From: an uncultured Ruminococcus sp.
GTDB taxonomy: Bacteria > Bacillota > Clostridia > Oscillospirales > CAG-272
Assembly (NCBI GenBank): GCA_964630695.1
Contig: CAZVYZ010000003.1
Coordinates: forward strand, 2,804-66,803
DNA length: 64,000 nt
Direction: 5' to 3'
In this document: positions 61,447 to 64,000 of the stretch, in pieces
How positions within the stretch are numbered: the first letter of the stretch is position 1
How the letters are laid out: each line of letters begins with the position of its first letter
Made by a program: the position numbers and the translations under genes
The notes under the pieces: generated by a model
Databases searched by the model: none
What the model saw: only the letters and a program-made list of their open reading frames with translations
What the model was told of the DNA's origin: nothing

Positions 61447-62757
61447 TCAGATTTTTCGGTACAATCCGCCGGGTTGCTTTGCAACGCACCCGCGCAGTTC
61501 GAGCAGCGTCAGTTCCGAGAGCGCCTGCCCATAGGAGACTTCCGCATCCACCAGTTCATCGAGCGACACCGCTTTCCCCGCCGCGATGAGTTTTCCCATC
61601 AGAACGGTTCCGACGGCGGAAAGTCCCTGTGGCAAATCCGCAGACGGCACCGTCTCACACCTGCTCTTTTCGGGGACGGTTTTTGCCGCCTCCCGCGGTT
61701 TCGGTGCCTCGGGAACCACCCGTGCGCGTGTGCCGATGGGTTCCGCCGCCGACGCGTCGTCACGACGTTTCAGAATCACGGTCCGACTGCCAAGAACCCC
61801 GTAACGCTCCAGTGCGGCGGTATTCACCGCCGAGTGCGATTCCGCCTGTCGGAGCCGTTCGGGATGCAGGCGGTCCGCAAACGTATAAAGATAGCCATTC
61901 AGAATATCCTCGGTACAGGAGGCGAAATGCGCGCCGTCCCGCAACAGACTTTCCGCGCCCGCTTCCCCGATACCCTCGGCACCGGACGGAATCGCATAGA
62001 CTTCTTTGCCCTGCATCACCGCTTCCTTTGCGGTAATCAACGACCCGCTTCCAAGCCCTGCCTCAACCACCACAACACCCTGCGACAGGGCGCTGATGAT
62101 TCGGTTTCGGACAGGGAAATGATAGGAAATCGGACGGGACCCGGGCGGATACTCCGAGAGAAGCAGTCCGTGTCGCCCGATTGCCGTCATCAGCGGCGCG
62201 TGCCCGGACGGATAGGCTCTGTCAAGCCCGCAACCGAGTACCGCAATCGGAAATCCGCCCGCTTCGAGCGTTGCCGCCGCGCAAACGCCGTCGATTCCCG
62301 CCGCCATTCCGCTGATGACCGTCATGCCGACCGCCGACAGTTCATAGGCTATTTTATACGCGGTCCGCATTCCGTATGCACTCATTCTGCGCGTGCCGAC
62401 CATCGCGATTGCGGGGATACGGTCAAGTTTCGGAACCGTTCCCGCACAATAGAGCAGGAGCGGCGGATTCTTGATTTCACGCAACAGTTGCGGATAAAGC
62501 GGCGAAGAAAAAGTCAGAATCCCGATATTCATCCGTTCGCAGGCATCCACAATCCGCGTTGCTTCTCTGAGGTCCTTGTTCGACAGCGCGACCTTGATTC
62601 GTTCGGGAACGCAGGTCAGGCGGTCGAGTTCCTCCGCCGATGCCGAAAAGATATTGTACGGCGTGTCGTACATCCCGAGCAGGGTCCGGAATTCTCCGTT
62701 CCCCGCGCCGAACACCTCGGCAAGCCAGACCCAGAACAGGGATTCGTCACTTTTCAT
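61447..62757 (-). CDS. dprA: DNA-processing protein DprA (Smf)
   Basis: Rossmann-like core GMAAGIDGVCAAA...VVVEAGLGSGSLITA and a C-terminal winged helix. Confidence 0.9.
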   Translation of the reverse strand: MKSDESLFWVWLAEVFGAGNGEFRTLLGMYDTPYNIFSASAEELDRLTCVPERIKVALSNKDLREATRIVDACERMNIGILTFSSPLYPQLLREIKNPPLLLYCAGTVPKLDRIPAIAMVGTRRMSAYGMRTAYKIAYELSAVGMTVISGMAAGIDGVCAAATLEAGGFPIAVLGCGLDRAYPSGHAPLMTAIGRHGLLLSEYPPGSRPISYHFPVRNRIISALSQGVVVVEAGLGSGSLITAKEAVMQGKEVYAIPSGAEGIGEAGAESLLRDGAHFASCTEDILNGYLYTFADRLHPERLRQAESHSAVNTAALERYGVLGSRTVILKRRDDASAAEPIGTRARVVPEAPKPREAAKTVPEKSRCETVPSADLPQGLSAVGTVLMGKLIAAGKAVSLDELVDAEVSYGQALSELTLLELRGCVAKQPGGLYRKI

Positions 62758-63613
62758 CCCGTTTTGTCCTCCGTCCCGTTTTCTTCGCGAATTCCCACAT
62801 CAAAACCGATGCGGCAACCGCGGCATTCAGGGATTCCGCCCGTCCGCTCATCGGGATGAACACCCGCCCGTCCGCGGCATTCAGCACCGCTTCCGACAGC
62901 CCGTGTCCCTCATTTCCGATGACCACGCAGTCTCCCTCCGACGTCTCGAATTCTCCCAGTCTCCGCGCCCGTTCGTCGAGCGCCGCCGCAAACACCCGTC
63001 TTCCGTGCGCACGCAACTGCCCGATGACCCCGCACAGGTCGCCCACGCGGTCAATCCTCTGACCGAACAGGGTTCCCATGGAGGCTCTGACCGCTTTCGC
63101 GTTGTAGACGTCCGCGCAGTCCTCGCTGAGAATCAGCCTGTCCACGCCGAATGCCGCCGCACTGCGAATGATTGCGCCGACGTTTGCGGGGTCCCTGACC
63201 GATTCGAGCAGGACGACCGTTTCGTCCGCGGCGGGAATTTTTCCGTCACCATATATTGTAGCGATTTTTTTGCATTTGTCAAGATATTTCGCAACACATA
63301 TCACGCCCTCGGGCGATTTTTCTTCGGAAATCCTGTCAAACACCCGGTCCGAGAGGGTCAAAACGCGTTCCGCACAGTCTGCCGGTGCCTTTCCCGTGTC
63401 GTGCAGAAGCCGGTCCCTCAGCCCGTCGGCGTTGCTCTCACGCAGAAGCATCAGAGGCAGAAAAAGCCCGTTCCGCACCGCCTCCGTTGCCAGTTTCACA
63501 CCGTCAAAACGGAAGCATCCGCCCTCTTCGCGCGCCCGTCTGTCGGTCAGTTTTCCGACCTCAACCACCGTTCGGTTTTGTCTCGATGTGATGATTTCAG
63601 CGCCAAGCGCCAC
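62747..63613 (-). CDS. TrmH/SpoU-family RNA methyltransferase
   Basis: SpoU motifs VRDPANVGAIIRSAAAFG, VVIGNEGHGLS and ESLNAAVAASVLMWE. Confidence 0.8.
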   Translation of the reverse strand: MALGAEIITSRQNRTVVEVGKLTDRRAREEGGCFRFDGVKLATEAVRNGLFLPLMLLRESNADGLRDRLLHDTGKAPADCAERVLTLSDRVFDRISEEKSPEGVICVAKYLDKCKKIATIYGDGKIPAADETVVLLESVRDPANVGAIIRSAAAFGVDRLILSEDCADVYNAKAVRASMGTLFGQRIDRVGDLCGVIGQLRAHGRRVFAAALDERARRLGEFETSEGDCVVIGNEGHGLSEAVLNAADGRVFIPMSGRAESLNAAVAASVLMWEFAKKTGRRTKRDEK

Positions 63614-63671
63614 CTTTTCCGCCCCCTTCCGACGTCTTTTTCCATGCTTTTCAAACCGCTCTATCTATGAC

Positions 63672-63699
63672 AAAAACCCGATGAAATCATCGGGTTTTT
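63672..63699 (-). terminator. rplT terminator
   Basis: aaaaacccgatga-aa-tcatcgggttttt. 11 nt downstream of the rplT stop. Confidence 0.65.
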
Positions 63700-63710
63700 A
63701 TTGCAAACGC

Positions 63711-64000
63711 TCAGAGCGCCGCTTTCGCCTGTGCGACGAGTGCCGCAAACGCTTCCTTATCGGAAACCGCGATTTCCGCGAGCATTTTGCGGTTGAGGTC
63801 AACGCCGGCTTTCTTCAGACCGTGCATCAGCGTGGAATAGTTCATGCCGTTGACTTTCGCCTCTGCGGAGATTCTGGTAATCCAGAGAGAACGGAAGTCT
63901 CTCTTCTTCATCTTTCTGCCGGCAAATGCGTAGTTGCCGCTCTTCATGACGGCTTCTTTTGCCATCTTGAAATGCTTCGACTTCGCGCCCCAGTATCCTT
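63711..64000 (-). CDS. rplT: 50S ribosomal protein L20 (5' end outside window)
   Basis: [21 protein letters not shown]...[16 protein letters not shown]. The frame stays open past the track start (63965) to the window edge. Confidence 0.9.
   Translation of the reverse strand, partial: GYWGAKSKHFKMAKEAVMKSGNYAFAGRKMKKRDFRSLWITRISAEAKVNGMNYSTLMHGLKKAGVDLNRKMLAEIAVSDKEAFAALVAQAKAAL

Noticed and set aside
1-64000. Scan for tRNA, rRNA, tmRNA, CRISPR arrays, prophage or transposase genes
   Set aside because: None seen. The only structured RNA gene supported is rnpB. No repeat-spacer arrays and no phage structural or transposase ORFs in any frame.

Overview
Chromosomal 64-kb segment from a high-G+C, spore-forming Clostridia-type Firmicute. 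Evidence for that: sporulation genes yqfC, yqfD, ylbJ, spoIIID and spoIIR, and the synteny blocks phoH-ybeY-era-recO-mutS2, rplT/dprA-topA-trmFO, plsX/rnc-smc-ftsY and nadD-yqeK/rsfS-leuS. A finer taxonomic call needs a database search. I support about 60 CDS, mostly on the minus strand and many with 4-nt ATGA/GTGA overlaps, plus one RNase P RNA. I saw no tRNA, rRNA or CRISPR. Many long ORFs in the track are antisense artefacts of high G+C. Most of the window is ordinary housekeeping. The stand-out is a ~2.9-kb AT-rich two-gene island at 16.6-19.4 kb (hand-counted 60-nt lines give ~32-35% G+C inside, ~55-60% in the flanks). It has its own perfect TTGACA-17-TATAAT promoter. It encodes a 630-aa XRE-HTH protein whose C-terminus carries an R-N-x3-H HEPN-like motif, translationally coupled to a 267-aa orphan protein. 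This is my best candidate for an undescribed defence/toxin system. Other items: two families of MITE-like inverted-repeat elements (3 and 2 copies); a 376-bp intergenic region built of nested palindromes; an N-terminally truncated NCS2 purine permease; a catalytically degenerate CpsB/PHP-like protein; an orphan atypical OmpR-type regulator coupled to leuS; and a CRP/FNR-geometry palindrome centred near -41.5 of the pflA-pflB promoter.
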